Positions 1 through 8,622 of a stretch of DNA of 64,000 nucleotides are shown in pieces (the first letter of the stretch is position 1; every line of letters starts with the position of its first letter). The stretch comes from an uncultured Gammaproteobacteria bacterium (GTDB lineage Bacteria; Patescibacteriota; Microgenomatia; UBA1406). The notes under the pieces were generated by a model. The model did no database searches and had not been told where the DNA came from. It saw nothing but the letters and a program-made list of their open reading frames with translations. Location: assembly GCA_964414145.1 (NCBI GenBank), contig CAYPVH010000003.1, forward strand, positions 30,592 through 94,591, read 5' to 3'. Both the position numbers and the translations under genes were made by a program.

Positions 1-38
1 TAAAGAGAAATAAGCAGGAAAGGTTTATTAAAACCCAC

Positions 39-1835
39 ATGCTGGCAAGCAGTAACAAGGAAAAGGTAGAGGAATGGTTTGAAAGCTACTACAGTGCCTT
101 TCTTTTAAAGAAGGATACGTTTAACTTAACTAATCTTTTTGTTGTTCCCCCCATTGGTCGAGATTGGGCTTATGGCTATACACCGGAATTAGATAAGTAT
201 GCAACCGACTTAACATCGCCGCTTTCATACAAGAATCACTTAATTGGTAGGGGCAGTGAAATAAAAGAGATTGAACAGGGGTTGGTAAAGTCGTATGAAG
301 CTAATGTTATTTTGGTTGGCGAAGAGGGAGTAGGGAAGCACACAATCATAGACGGGCTGGCACAAAATATATATTCGGGCAAAACCAATACGGTTTTACA
401 AAATATGAGAATTTTAGAACTGAATATGGAAAAGGTGCTTTCGGAAGGTAAAAGTTTAGAAGAAAAAACCACAATACTTGAAAACCTTTTTGAAGAGGCA
501 GTGAGTGCAAAAAATATAATTCTGGTAATTTCAGACTTTCATAAATACGTTAGTTCTCAGTTTTTGGGCGACTATACGTCTACATTCGAAAAATATGGCA
601 AAAGACCACGAATAAAGCTTTTGGCAATTACCACGCCATTTTATTATGAGCAAATAATATTCCATAACGACAAACTTCAGCACCTGTTTAATAAAGTGCA
701 AATTAGTGAAATTCAGCCAAAAAGAGCGTTAACGATTTTGCAGGAAAAAGCCTTGTATTTCGAAGGAGTATATAACCTAATAATTCCTTTTGAATCACTT
801 GAAAGGGTGGTGCAAAGAAGCGAATTTTATATAACTCACATTCCTTTTCCGGAGAAGGCTGTTGTGCTTCTTGACGAAACCTGTATTGAAGCTAAAGAAA
901 GGGCTATAAAAATAGTATTACCTGAATTGGTAGATAAGGTATTAAGCCGAAAAATGCATGTTCCGGTAGGCGAAATGTCGGCAGATTTTAAACAGCAACT
1001 TTTGCGCCTTGAGCAGGTATTAAGCCAAAAAATTATTGGTCAGGATTTTGCCATTAAACAAATTGGGTTAGCAGTTAGGCGAGCATTTATAGAAGAAAAC
1101 AAAAAAAAGCCCAGAGTGAGCTTATTGTTTTTAGGGCCAACTGGGGTAGGTAAAACCCAAACTGCCAAAGAATTGGCAAGAATCTTTTTTGGTAAGGCAG
1201 ATAAATTAATTCGGTTTGATATGTCTTTTTATAGGGAGCAAAGTTCTTTGAAAGATTTAGTTGGGTCGTTTGAATCGAAAAACGCCGGTTTAATGGCTAA
1301 CGCAATACGTGAAAACCCTTACAGCGTGTTGTTAATTGACGAAATAGAGAAAGCCAATAAAGACATATTAAATATATTTTTAACGCTTCTGGATGAGGGT
1401 TATTTGGTAGACGGCTTTGGAGAAAAAGTAGATTGTAAAAACTTAATTTTTATTGCCACCAGTAATGCGGCGGCGGTTGAAATACAAGAACTGATAAAAA
1501 ATGGAGTGAGCAGCCAGGTTTTGGAGGAAAAAGTAAGAGAAACGGTTGTTAGCAAAGCTGTTTTTACCCCTGAATTTTTAAATAGATTCGATAAGGTACT
1601 TGTTTTTAACCCGTTAAATTTAGAAGTAGCGAAAGTTATTGCTAACGCCGTTGTGAAAAATGTGGTTCGCGAATATGAAGTGCAGAAAAAGATTGTTTTG
1701 AATGTTGATTCGCAAAAAATATTTGACATGGTTGAAGGGTCTTTTAGCCCAAGTAATGGCGCCAGAGAAATTGAAAGAGTGGTTCGAGAATATGTTAGTG
1801 ACTTGGCGGCAAAAGAAGTTCTTACCCAGGTTTAA
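39..1835 (+). CDS. Clp/Hsp100-family AAA+ ATPase with two nucleotide-binding domains (short ClpC/ClpB-like form, no N-domain)
   Basis: 598-aa ORF. NBD1 P-loop GEEGVGKHT. NBD2 P-loop GPTGVGKTQTAKELA with Walker B LLIDEIEKA. NBD1 Walker B position reads ILVISDFH, with no Glu. Confidence 0.85.
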   Translation: MLASSNKEKVEEWFESYYSAFLLKKDTFNLTNLFVVPPIGRDWAYGYTPELDKYATDLTSPLSYKNHLIGRGSEIKEIEQGLVKSYEANVILVGEEGVGKHTIIDGLAQNIYSGKTNTVLQNMRILELNMEKVLSEGKSLEEKTTILENLFEEAVSAKNIILVISDFHKYVSSQFLGDYTSTFEKYGKRPRIKLLAITTPFYYEQIIFHNDKLQHLFNKVQISEIQPKRALTILQEKALYFEGVYNLIIPFESLERVVQRSEFYITHIPFPEKAVVLLDETCIEAKERAIKIVLPELVDKVLSRKMHVPVGEMSADFKQQLLRLEQVLSQKIIGQDFAIKQIGLAVRRAFIEENKKKPRVSLLFLGPTGVGKTQTAKELARIFFGKADKLIRFDMSFYREQSSLKDLVGSFESKNAGLMANAIRENPYSVLLIDEIEKANKDILNIFLTLLDEGYLVDGFGEKVDCKNLIFIATSNAAAVEIQELIKNGVSSQVLEEKVRETVVSKAVFTPEFLNRFDKVLVFNPLNLEVAKVIANAVVKNVVREYEVQKKIVLNVDSQKIFDMVEGSFSPSNGAREIERVVREYVSDLAAKEVLTQV

Positions 1836-1875
1836 ATCTTGAAATAAATCATACAATCTACTAGAATGAGTTTCT

Positions 1876-2424
1876 ATGATTTTAGGCCCACAAAAATTAC
1901 TCGAACTGGTAAAAAAAGAAAAATTGGTTGAAAATCTGTCACAACGCGAATTAACCAACCCAGAAGGCGCCGGATTTGACTTAAGGCTAGGGGAGGTTCA
2001 CCAAATTGTTAGCGGTAGTGAAGCATTCTTGGGTGAAACTGAGCGGCAAACCCCGGAAATAGAAACATTGGTTAGTTATGAGAAAGGTAGAAAAAATGTT
2101 TTTATTTTTGAACCAAGAAAATATTATTTAGTGTCTACCATTGAATCGGTTAATACCCCTACAGACATAACTATTAACTTTAAGCCTCGTACTACAACTT
2201 TCAGAAGCGGTTTAGTTATGAGAACGGGCAATGTTTCGCCTGGGTATTGTGGTAAGTTAACGTTTGGGCTGATTAATTTGGGGCCGGTGCCGGTGAAAAT
2301 TGAAATGGGGGCTAGAATTGTTCATGCTCAGTTTTACTGGGTGGATGGAGGAGGGAATAAGTATAGAGGTCAGTGGCAAGGAGGAAGAGTAACGACGGGG
2401 AAAAAGAGGGAAGTACAAGTTTAA
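1876..2424 (+). CDS. dcd: dCTP deaminase / dUTPase-superfamily protein
   Basis: 182-aa ORF. The N-terminal ILxPxxLLELV...EGAGFDLRLGEV resembles the dCTP deaminase family opening (..DLRLG..). Lies immediately upstream of thyA. Confidence 0.7.
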   Translation: MILGPQKLLELVKKEKLVENLSQRELTNPEGAGFDLRLGEVHQIVSGSEAFLGETERQTPEIETLVSYEKGRKNVFIFEPRKYYLVSTIESVNTPTDITINFKPRTTTFRSGLVMRTGNVSPGYCGKLTFGLINLGPVPVKIEMGARIVHAQFYWVDGGGNKYRGQWQGGRVTTGKKREVQV

Positions 2425-2483
2425 ATTAGGATTTAGGATTTAAGAGTTAGGAGATAAGATAAACTCAAATTCACAAATAACAA

Positions 2484-3521
2484 ATGACAAACAAAGCTCA
2501 AAATTCAAATAGGGAAACAAAATCACAAGAACATCCAGAGAATCAATATCTGAGTCTTATTAATGAGATATTGCAGAATGGTGACAGAAAGGTTGATAGG
2601 GGAACGGGTGACGCTTCGTATAGCTTGTTTGGCAAGCAGATGCGTTTTGATTTATCTGCCGGGTTCCCGTTATTAACAACGAAAAAAGTATACTGGAAAG
2701 GTGTACTGTACGAATTGTTTTGGTTTCTGCACGGCCACACCAATATTAAGTATTTGGTAGACAATAAGGTGCATATTTGGGACGACTATCCGTATAAAAT
2801 ATACCTGGAAAAATTTCGAAGCTCGAAATCCGAAATCCGAAGTAAATCCAAATATACAAATTCAAATAACACAAACAAACTCAGCAAGGAAGAGTTTATA
2901 GAGAAAATAGCGACTGACACAGAATTTGCCAAAAAGTGGGGAGAGTTACCCAAAATTTATGGGCAAATGTGGCGTGCATGGCCTACCAAAGAATCGGGGC
3001 GAACAGTTGACCAGGTGAAGTGGGTGATTGATGAACTAAAAGCCGACCCTAATGCTCATAACTTAATTGTTAATTCTTGGAACCCGGAGTATTTATATAC
3101 AATGGCTAAGCTGAAAGAAGCCAGTCGGTTCCCAATCTGCCATAATATGTATCAGATTAACTTATTAGATGGCAAGCTTTATTTACAGCTTTACCAGCGA
3201 AGTGCAGACTTGTTTTTGGGGGTACCCTTTAACATAGCCAGTTACGCGCTTTTAACCCATATTTTGGCTCATGTAACAGGGTATGAAGTGGGTGAATTTG
3301 TGCATACTTTTGGTGACGTGCATATCTATGAGATGCATCTTGGTCAGGTAAAGGAACAGCTAAGGCGGAAACCACTTAAATTTCCAAAAATAAAAATTAA
3401 CAGCAAGTCAAAAAATATAGACAAGTTGCAGCCCAAAGACATTGAACTTATTGATTATAAATTTCACCCGCCAATTAAAGCTCCGCTTTCGGTGTCTGGG
3501 GGATACTATAATAAGAGTTAA
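2484..3521 (+). CDS. thyA: thymidylate synthase ThyA (long form with loop insertion and low-complexity N-terminus)
   Basis: Motifs IYGQMWRAWP, catalytic Cys in FPICHNMYQ, and LYQRSADLFLGVPFNIASYALLTHILA. No alternative in-frame ATG/GTG/TTG lies between 2484 and the conserved QYLSLI start region. Confidence 0.95.
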   Translation: MTNKAQNSNRETKSQEHPENQYLSLINEILQNGDRKVDRGTGDASYSLFGKQMRFDLSAGFPLLTTKKVYWKGVLYELFWFLHGHTNIKYLVDNKVHIWDDYPYKIYLEKFRSSKSEIRSKSKYTNSNNTNKLSKEEFIEKIATDTEFAKKWGELPKIYGQMWRAWPTKESGRTVDQVKWVIDELKADPNAHNLIVNSWNPEYLYTMAKLKEASRFPICHNMYQINLLDGKLYLQLYQRSADLFLGVPFNIASYALLTHILAHVTGYEVGEFVHTFGDVHIYEMHLGQVKEQLRRKPLKFPKIKINSKSKNIDKLQPKDIELIDYKFHPPIKAPLSVSGGYYNKS

Positions 3522-3641
3522 GATTTAGGATTAATTATATTGCTAAATTGTTACATTGTTAAATTGTTAATAAATTAAAAGATACAAAAAACGATTTTTA
3601 ATCCCTCCTGGTTGGGGAGCAAGAAAAATTCAAATTCACAA

Positions 3642-4607
3642 ATGATAACGCATAATTTGAAATTAAATAACAAAGTTCAAATAAGAAAAGTGATACAAAC
3701 AGCAGGGGTAATTGTGATAGCTAATAATAAAGTGTTACTTATTAAACACAAAGAGCAGAAAGGGCAAGTGGGGCATAAGGCCGGTACATACGGTATACCT
3801 GCAGGAGGATTAGATAATAGTGAAACACCCAAAGAAGCAGCTGTGCGGGAGTTATTTGAAGAAACAGGTATAGAGCTAAAAGAGATTGACCTTACTTCAT
3901 TTACTAATAACCAATATACTGCAGAAATAGAAAGAAGCGACGGAACAAAAAGAATGTTTTCTGCAATTTATTTTTTGAGCACAGTGTTTAGCATTAAGAT
4001 TAGAGAAACATCGGAAGGAAGGCCTTTTTGGTGTAGCATTGACAAACTTAACGATTACGATTTACTGCCTAACAATAAAGAAGCAATAAGGAATGCAGTT
4101 GAGTTTTTAAATAACCCAAGGATTTCAATAATTGCAGCAATTGGAAAAAACAGAGAACTGGGGTATAAAAACCAACTGTTGTGGCACATACCAGAAGACT
4201 TAAAGCGTTTTCGAAAGTTAACAGAAGGGCATGTAGTGGTGATGGGCAGAAAAACATATGAGTCAATTGGCAAGCCACTACCAAACAGAACCAATATTAT
4301 TATTTCACGGAGTTTGGAAAATATGGGTAGTAAAGATGTTGTTGTGGTTTCTAGTTTAGAAGAAGCGTTAAGTCGGGCAAAAGCATTGGAGAAGCGGGGA
4401 GAGGTGTTTATTATTGGAGGCGGTCAAGTATACAGCCAGGCGCTAAGGTATGCCGACTGGCTTTATTTAACAAAAGTGAATAAAGAAGCAAAGGCCGATA
4501 CCTATTTTCCGGAGTATGAACATATTTTTATTAAGATTGTTAATAAAGAAAGAGGTGAATTTAACGGTAATTTATTTGAATATCTGACTCTTGAAAAGGC
4601 TAGATGA
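3642..4607 (+). CDS. folA: Nudix hydrolase - dihydrofolate reductase fusion protein
   Basis: The N-terminal half has a complete Nudix box GGLDNSETPKEAAVRELFEETGI. The C-terminal half is DHFR-like (ISIIAAIGKNRELGYKNQLLWHIPEDLKRFRKLTEGHVVVMGRKTYESIGKPLPNRTNIIISR). The ORF is open from TTG 3612; ATG 3642 is preferred but unproven. Confidence 0.85.
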   Translation: MITHNLKLNNKVQIRKVIQTAGVIVIANNKVLLIKHKEQKGQVGHKAGTYGIPAGGLDNSETPKEAAVRELFEETGIELKEIDLTSFTNNQYTAEIERSDGTKRMFSAIYFLSTVFSIKIRETSEGRPFWCSIDKLNDYDLLPNNKEAIRNAVEFLNNPRISIIAAIGKNRELGYKNQLLWHIPEDLKRFRKLTEGHVVVMGRKTYESIGKPLPNRTNIIISRSLENMGSKDVVVVSSLEEALSRAKALEKRGEVFIIGGGQVYSQALRYADWLYLTKVNKEAKADTYFPEYEHIFIKIVNKERGEFNGNLFEYLTLEKAR

Positions 4608-5443
4608 ACAAATCTAATAAAAATAATTCTTCTATCGGTATTTTTGACTCAGGTTATGGCGGGTTGGAAATAATGCGGGCGGTTGTAGAAGAGGTGCCGC
4701 AATACGACTATATATATTTTGGTGATAACAAAAGAGCACCTTATGGCGAACGGTCGGAAGATGAAATTCTCAAATTTACCCTAGAAGCAGTTGAAAACTT
4801 ATTCAAACAAAATTGCCCGCTTATTATTATTGCCTGTAATACTGCCTCAAGCAGTGCTCTTAGGAGAATTCAGCAGGTGTATTTGCCCAAAAACTACCCT
4901 GATAGGCGAGTATTAGGGGTTTTGATACCGGCAGCAGAAGAAGCAGTTTATATAACTAAGAACAAAAGAGTTGGAGTTTTAGCTACTAAGGCTACTGTAC
5001 AATCGCAAGCGTTTAAACGAGAGCTATTAAAGCTTGACCAGAGTTTAGAAGTGTTTCAACAGGCCGCTCCAAAATTAGTACCCTTAGTTGAGCAGGGGAG
5101 GCAAGAGACAGGCGAGTTCTACATTGCTCTTCAAGAGTACTTAAAGCCACTACTTAAGGAAGATATAGATACCTTAATTTTAGGCTGTACCCATTATGGG
5201 TTAGTTGAAAAAAAAGTTAGGGAAATAGTTGGTAGTGGCGTGAAGGTTGTTGTTGAGGGAAAAGTAGTTGCAAAAAAACTAAAGAATTATTTAAAAAAGC
5301 ACAAGAACATTGAAAACAATTTAATAAAGACACGTAAAAGAATGTTTTTAACTACCGGAGACAGAAATGTGTTTGAAAAATTTGGAGGTGTTTTTTTTGG
5401 AAGAAAAATTACTTCCTACAATATTAAATTAGGGTGTGCCTGA
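4604..5443 (+). CDS. murI: glutamate racemase
   Basis: IGIFDSGYGGL, ACNTASS and GCTHY motifs. ATGA overlap with the folA stop. The 3' end overlaps tRNA-Arg by 9 nt. Confidence 0.9.
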   Translation: MNKSNKNNSSIGIFDSGYGGLEIMRAVVEEVPQYDYIYFGDNKRAPYGERSEDEILKFTLEAVENLFKQNCPLIIIACNTASSSALRRIQQVYLPKNYPDRRVLGVLIPAAEEAVYITKNKRVGVLATKATVQSQAFKRELLKLDQSLEVFQQAAPKLVPLVEQGRQETGEFYIALQEYLKPLLKEDIDTLILGCTHYGLVEKKVREIVGSGVKVVVEGKVVAKKLKNYLKKHKNIENNLIKTRKRMFLTTGDRNVFEKFGGVFFGRKITSYNIKLGCA

Positions 5444-5508
5444 GTGGATTCGAACCACCAACCTTTGGTTCCGCAAACCAATGCTCTATCCGGTTGAGCT
5501 ACAGGCAC
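5435..5508 (-). tRNA. tRNA-Arg (anticodon GCG)
   Basis: Manual cloverleaf on the minus strand: GTGCCTG TA GCTC AACCGGATA GAGC A TTGGT TTGCGGA ACCAA AGGTT GGTGG TTCGAAT CCACT CAGGCAC A. 74 nt, CCA not encoded. Confidence 0.85.
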
Positions 5509-5520
5509 GCTCCGAGCTAT

Positions 5521-5549
5521 GAGGTCCGTCCTAAAAGAGGACGGACCTC
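5521..5549. repeat. REP-like hairpin, copy 1 (GAGGTCCGTCC-N7-GGACGGACCTC)
   Basis: Perfect 11-bp stem with loop taaaaga. The flank ctATGAGG shows it is inverted relative to copies 3-5. Confidence 0.9.
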
Positions 5550-5600
5550 AAAGTCAATTGTTAAATATTATACTAAAGAATGCTGGTGGGATTTATATTT

Positions 5601-5627
5601 TTACAAAATATAAAAATAGGTTATAAT
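5601..5627 (+). promoter_or_regulatory. putative promoter of frr (-10 TATAAT 5622-5627, TTACAA-like -35)
   Basis: The TATAAT ends 8 nt before ATG 5636. No Shine-Dalgarno is visible. The -35 spacing is suboptimal. Confidence 0.4.
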
Positions 5628-5635
5628 GCTAGCAT

Positions 5636-6193
5636 ATGATAGATATAAACAGTTTTAAACAAACCCTTCAGAAAACCGTTACCAATACCAGTGAGAACTT
5701 GGCAACAATTAGAACTGGGCGAGCTACCTCTGCACTGATAGAAAACATTCAGGTAAAAACCTATGGCGGCCAGGCTACGCTTAAAATCATTGAGTTGGCC
5801 ACCATTAGTAATAGCGGACCTCAAGAATTACTGGTTGCCCCTTTTGACCCATCAACCCTGCAAGACATTGAAGCTGCAGTTCGCGCCTCAAGCATGGGTT
5901 TTATAGTTGCCGTTACCGGTAACCAAATTAGGGTTAAGGCCCCGCCCCTGAGCGAGGAACAAAGGCAAAAATATACCAAGTTGGTTTCTCAATTCAGCGA
6001 AGAAGGTAGGGAAGCTATAAGAAGGCATAGAGACGCGATTCGAAAAGAGTTAAAAGATCAATCAGACAGTAAAGAAATTTCGGATGACCAAAAGTACCGT
6101 TTGGAACAAGAAATAGATAAAGTCAGCAAAGAATACACCGAAAAAATAGACACATTACGAAAAAGCAAAGAAGAAGAGGTGCTAACAATTTAA
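5636..6193 (+). CDS. frr: ribosome recycling factor
   Basis: 185 aa. LATIRTGRATSALIENIQVKTYG... and a C-terminal coiled charged region typical of RRF. Confidence 0.95.
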   Translation: MIDINSFKQTLQKTVTNTSENLATIRTGRATSALIENIQVKTYGGQATLKIIELATISNSGPQELLVAPFDPSTLQDIEAAVRASSMGFIVAVTGNQIRVKAPPLSEEQRQKYTKLVSQFSEEGREAIRRHRDAIRKELKDQSDSKEISDDQKYRLEQEIDKVSKEYTEKIDTLRKSKEEEVLTI

Positions 6194-6207
6194 TTCAAAT
6201 TTAATAA

Positions 6208-7266
6208 ATGCTAACCGGATTAACCATATTTATAGTTCTATCTATCCTTATCGTTATACACGAAGTTGGGCATTTCTATGTTGCCAAAAAATCGGGTATG
6301 AAAGTAGAGGAATTTGGCTTTGGATTGCCACCCAGACTTTTTGGAAAAAAGATTGGTGAAACAATATATTCAATTAATTTACTACCTATTGGTGGCTTTG
6401 TAAAAATACTCGGAGAAAACCCTGAAGACTTGAAGAAGGTTTCGGCAGCAGACCGAAAGCGTTCTTTTTCTAGCCAACCGTGGTACAAAAGAGCAGCAGT
6501 AATAGTTGCCGGACCACTAATGAATTTTATTCTGGCGGTATTGGTTATTGCCTACAGTTTTACCAGGGGAGTTTATGTGCCAACAGAACAGGTAAAGGTG
6601 GTGGAAGTTACCAAACAATCACCGGCGTATAGCGCTGGTGTTAGAAAGGGCGCTGAAATATTAAGTTTTGCCGGAAAAAAAATAGATTCGTCACAGCAAA
6701 TTATAGACTTGGCCAATAAGTATGCCGGTAAAGAAGTAATTATAAAGTTTCAAACAAATAAAGAAGCAGTTACAAAGAAAATCATACCTCGAAAAAACCC
6801 GCCTAAGGGGCAAGGTTCTTTGGGAATTGTTATTTCCGATATTGAATTTAAAAAGTATCCATGGTATCAGGCACCAGTTGTAGGTTTAACCGAATCGGTG
6901 CGAATAAGTACCGAATTCTATAAACAAATTGGTACAGCGTTGGTAAAGCTGGTTCAATTTAAGTCACCAGAACTCGACGTGACCGGACCGGTCGGAATTG
7001 CCAAAGTAACAGACCAAGCGGTTAAAATGGGACTGGATTCGGTGATTAAGCTTTTGGGCCTACTATCGCTAAACTTGGCACTTATTAATATTATTCCTTT
7101 CCCGGCGCTAGACGGTGGGCAATTGGTATTTGTTTTAACTGAAGCAGTTACCCGAAAGAAACTAAATGAAAACATTAAGGCAAAAATTAATGCTGTTGGT
7201 TTTGCTGTATTAATACTATTAATTATTGCCATTACCTTTAAGGATATCTTTAACCCGATTTTTTAA
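6208..7266 (+). CDS. rseP: site-2 (M50) intramembrane metalloprotease RseP with PDZ domain
   Basis: HEVGHFYVAKK (HExxH) in TM1, LLPIGGFV, a central PDZ-like segment, and the C-terminal NIIPFPALDGG motif. Confidence 0.9.
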   Translation: MLTGLTIFIVLSILIVIHEVGHFYVAKKSGMKVEEFGFGLPPRLFGKKIGETIYSINLLPIGGFVKILGENPEDLKKVSAADRKRSFSSQPWYKRAAVIVAGPLMNFILAVLVIAYSFTRGVYVPTEQVKVVEVTKQSPAYSAGVRKGAEILSFAGKKIDSSQQIIDLANKYAGKEVIIKFQTNKEAVTKKIIPRKNPPKGQGSLGIVISDIEFKKYPWYQAPVVGLTESVRISTEFYKQIGTALVKLVQFKSPELDVTGPVGIAKVTDQAVKMGLDSVIKLLGLLSLNLALINIIPFPALDGGQLVFVLTEAVTRKKLNENIKAKINAVGFAVLILLIIAITFKDIFNPIF

Positions 7267-7422
7267 TAAGCCCAATAGTAAATAATATATTGGTATAGTT
7301 GCTGCGCAAACTAATAGAACAAATTGATAATAACGCACTGTATTAATAAAGTAATCATAAATGCATAGCTAGATTAGTAGTCAATAAAGTATGGTTAACT
7401 TAATTATGATATATTAAACCTA

Positions 7423-8052
7423 ATGGTAAATAAGAAACTCTTGGTATTCGATTTGGATGGAACTTTAATAAACAGTTACCCAGCAATATTTAAAGTTATT
7501 AATGTAATGGCAAAAAAACATGGTTACGAGCCACTTACCACTAAAGAATACAAAAGCTCGAAAAATATGACATATAGGCAAATGCTTAAAATTAGAAAAA
7601 TTCCTTTTTATAAAGTGCCATTTATTTTAAATGAAGGCAGAGCATTATTTTCTAACTATACGAATGAAATAAAGTTGTTTAAAGGCATAAAGGAATCTTT
7701 AACCATACTTAAAAATAAAGGCTACACAATTGGTATACTCACGTCTAATTCTAAAGAATCGGCAGAAAACATACTAAGATTAAACAGTATTCTGGATAAG
7801 TTTAAATTTGTTCATTCGGAATTTAACATATTTGGTAAGAAAAGAGCACTTTTAAAAATACTTAAAGAACAGAAGCTAAAAGCCGCTGAAACATTGTATT
7901 TTGGTGACGAAATTAGAGATATTAAAGCCTGTAAGGCTGCCAATATTGATATTGTTGCTGTTACGTGGGGGCACCATAGTGAAGAAATATTAAAAAAAGA
8001 AAGTCCTGAATACATTATTAAAACACCAAAGGAAATTACTGCTCTTTTTTAA
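7423..8052 (+). CDS. HAD-superfamily hydrolase (phosphoglycolate phosphatase-like)
   Basis: VFDLDGTLINS motif I, ILTSNS motif II, GDEIRDI motif IV-like. Confidence 0.75.
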   Translation: MVNKKLLVFDLDGTLINSYPAIFKVINVMAKKHGYEPLTTKEYKSSKNMTYRQMLKIRKIPFYKVPFILNEGRALFSNYTNEIKLFKGIKESLTILKNKGYTIGILTSNSKESAENILRLNSILDKFKFVHSEFNIFGKKRALLKILKEQKLKAAETLYFGDEIRDIKACKAANIDIVAVTWGHHSEEILKKESPEYIIKTPKEITALF

Positions 8053-8572
8053 GAATATAAATTTTATTTTTGCCATTAACTACATTTAGTTTAAATCCGG
8101 GCAATGGATTAGTCGGAAATGGGTACATGTAAGATACAACACGCCTTAATTTCTTTGGAGTATTAGTTTTTAATTGGTTAATTACCCGATTCATAACAAA
8201 GGGACCAATATACAAATAAACTACAGTTGCGTCTTTAATATTGGTTTTAAATATACTTTGCCAGCGAATTTCAATATTGGCGCCTTTGGCAAAAAGCCAT
8301 TTTTTTACATGAGTAACAAATACCAATAGAGGATGGATTTCAATTCCGACAACTTTGGCATTACTCTTTTGGGCGGCTCTTAATAGTATTTTACCGTCAC
8401 CAGAGCCAAGATCATATAAAGTATCTGTTTTTGACAAATCAAGACTTTTAATAATTAAAGCCATATCGTCTTCTTGGGTTGGAAAATAGGGAATCGGAGA
8501 TATTTTTGTACTCAGGGCAATATATAGATTAATTACTACAAATAAAACAGCCAGTAAAATTAGATAGATCAT
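8036..8572 (-). CDS. class I SAM-dependent methyltransferase with N-terminal membrane anchor
   Basis: LYDLGSGDGKILLRAA (GxGxG SAM motif) and an N-terminal hydrophobic helix. Confidence 0.7.
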   Translation of the reverse strand: MIYLILLAVLFVVINLYIALSTKISPIPYFPTQEDDMALIIKSLDLSKTDTLYDLGSGDGKILLRAAQKSNAKVVGIEIHPLLVFVTHVKKWLFAKGANIEIRWQSIFKTNIKDATVVYLYIGPFVMNRVINQLKTNTPKKLRRVVSYMYPFPTNPLPGFKLNVVNGKNKIYILKKEQ

Positions 8573-8603
8573 TTACTAATGATACTATAGCCACAACATA
8601 TTT

Positions 8604-8612
8604 TGTTATAAT
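8604..8612 (+). promoter_or_regulatory. extended -10 box TGTTATAAT upstream of 8623
   Basis: TGnTATAAT match 10 nt before the ATG. Confidence 0.4.
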
Positions 8613-8622
8613 TTTACTCTTA

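Noticed and set aside
2790-2960. ThyA internal insertion as an intein or mobile insertion
   Set aside because: An insertion at this surface loop is a known feature of long-form ThyA proteins (Lactobacillus casei type), and its distal part (EEFIEKIATDTEFAKKWGELPKIYG) aligns with that. Only the low-complexity proximal part is reported, as repeat-derived.
4605-4607. Possible alternative genetic code (TGA recoded), as in some candidate phyla
   Set aside because: TGA terminates conserved proteins at their expected C-termini (DHFR at 4605-4607, MurI at 5441-5443, DnaX at 11255-11257). No conserved gene needs TGA read-through, so the standard code 11 fits.
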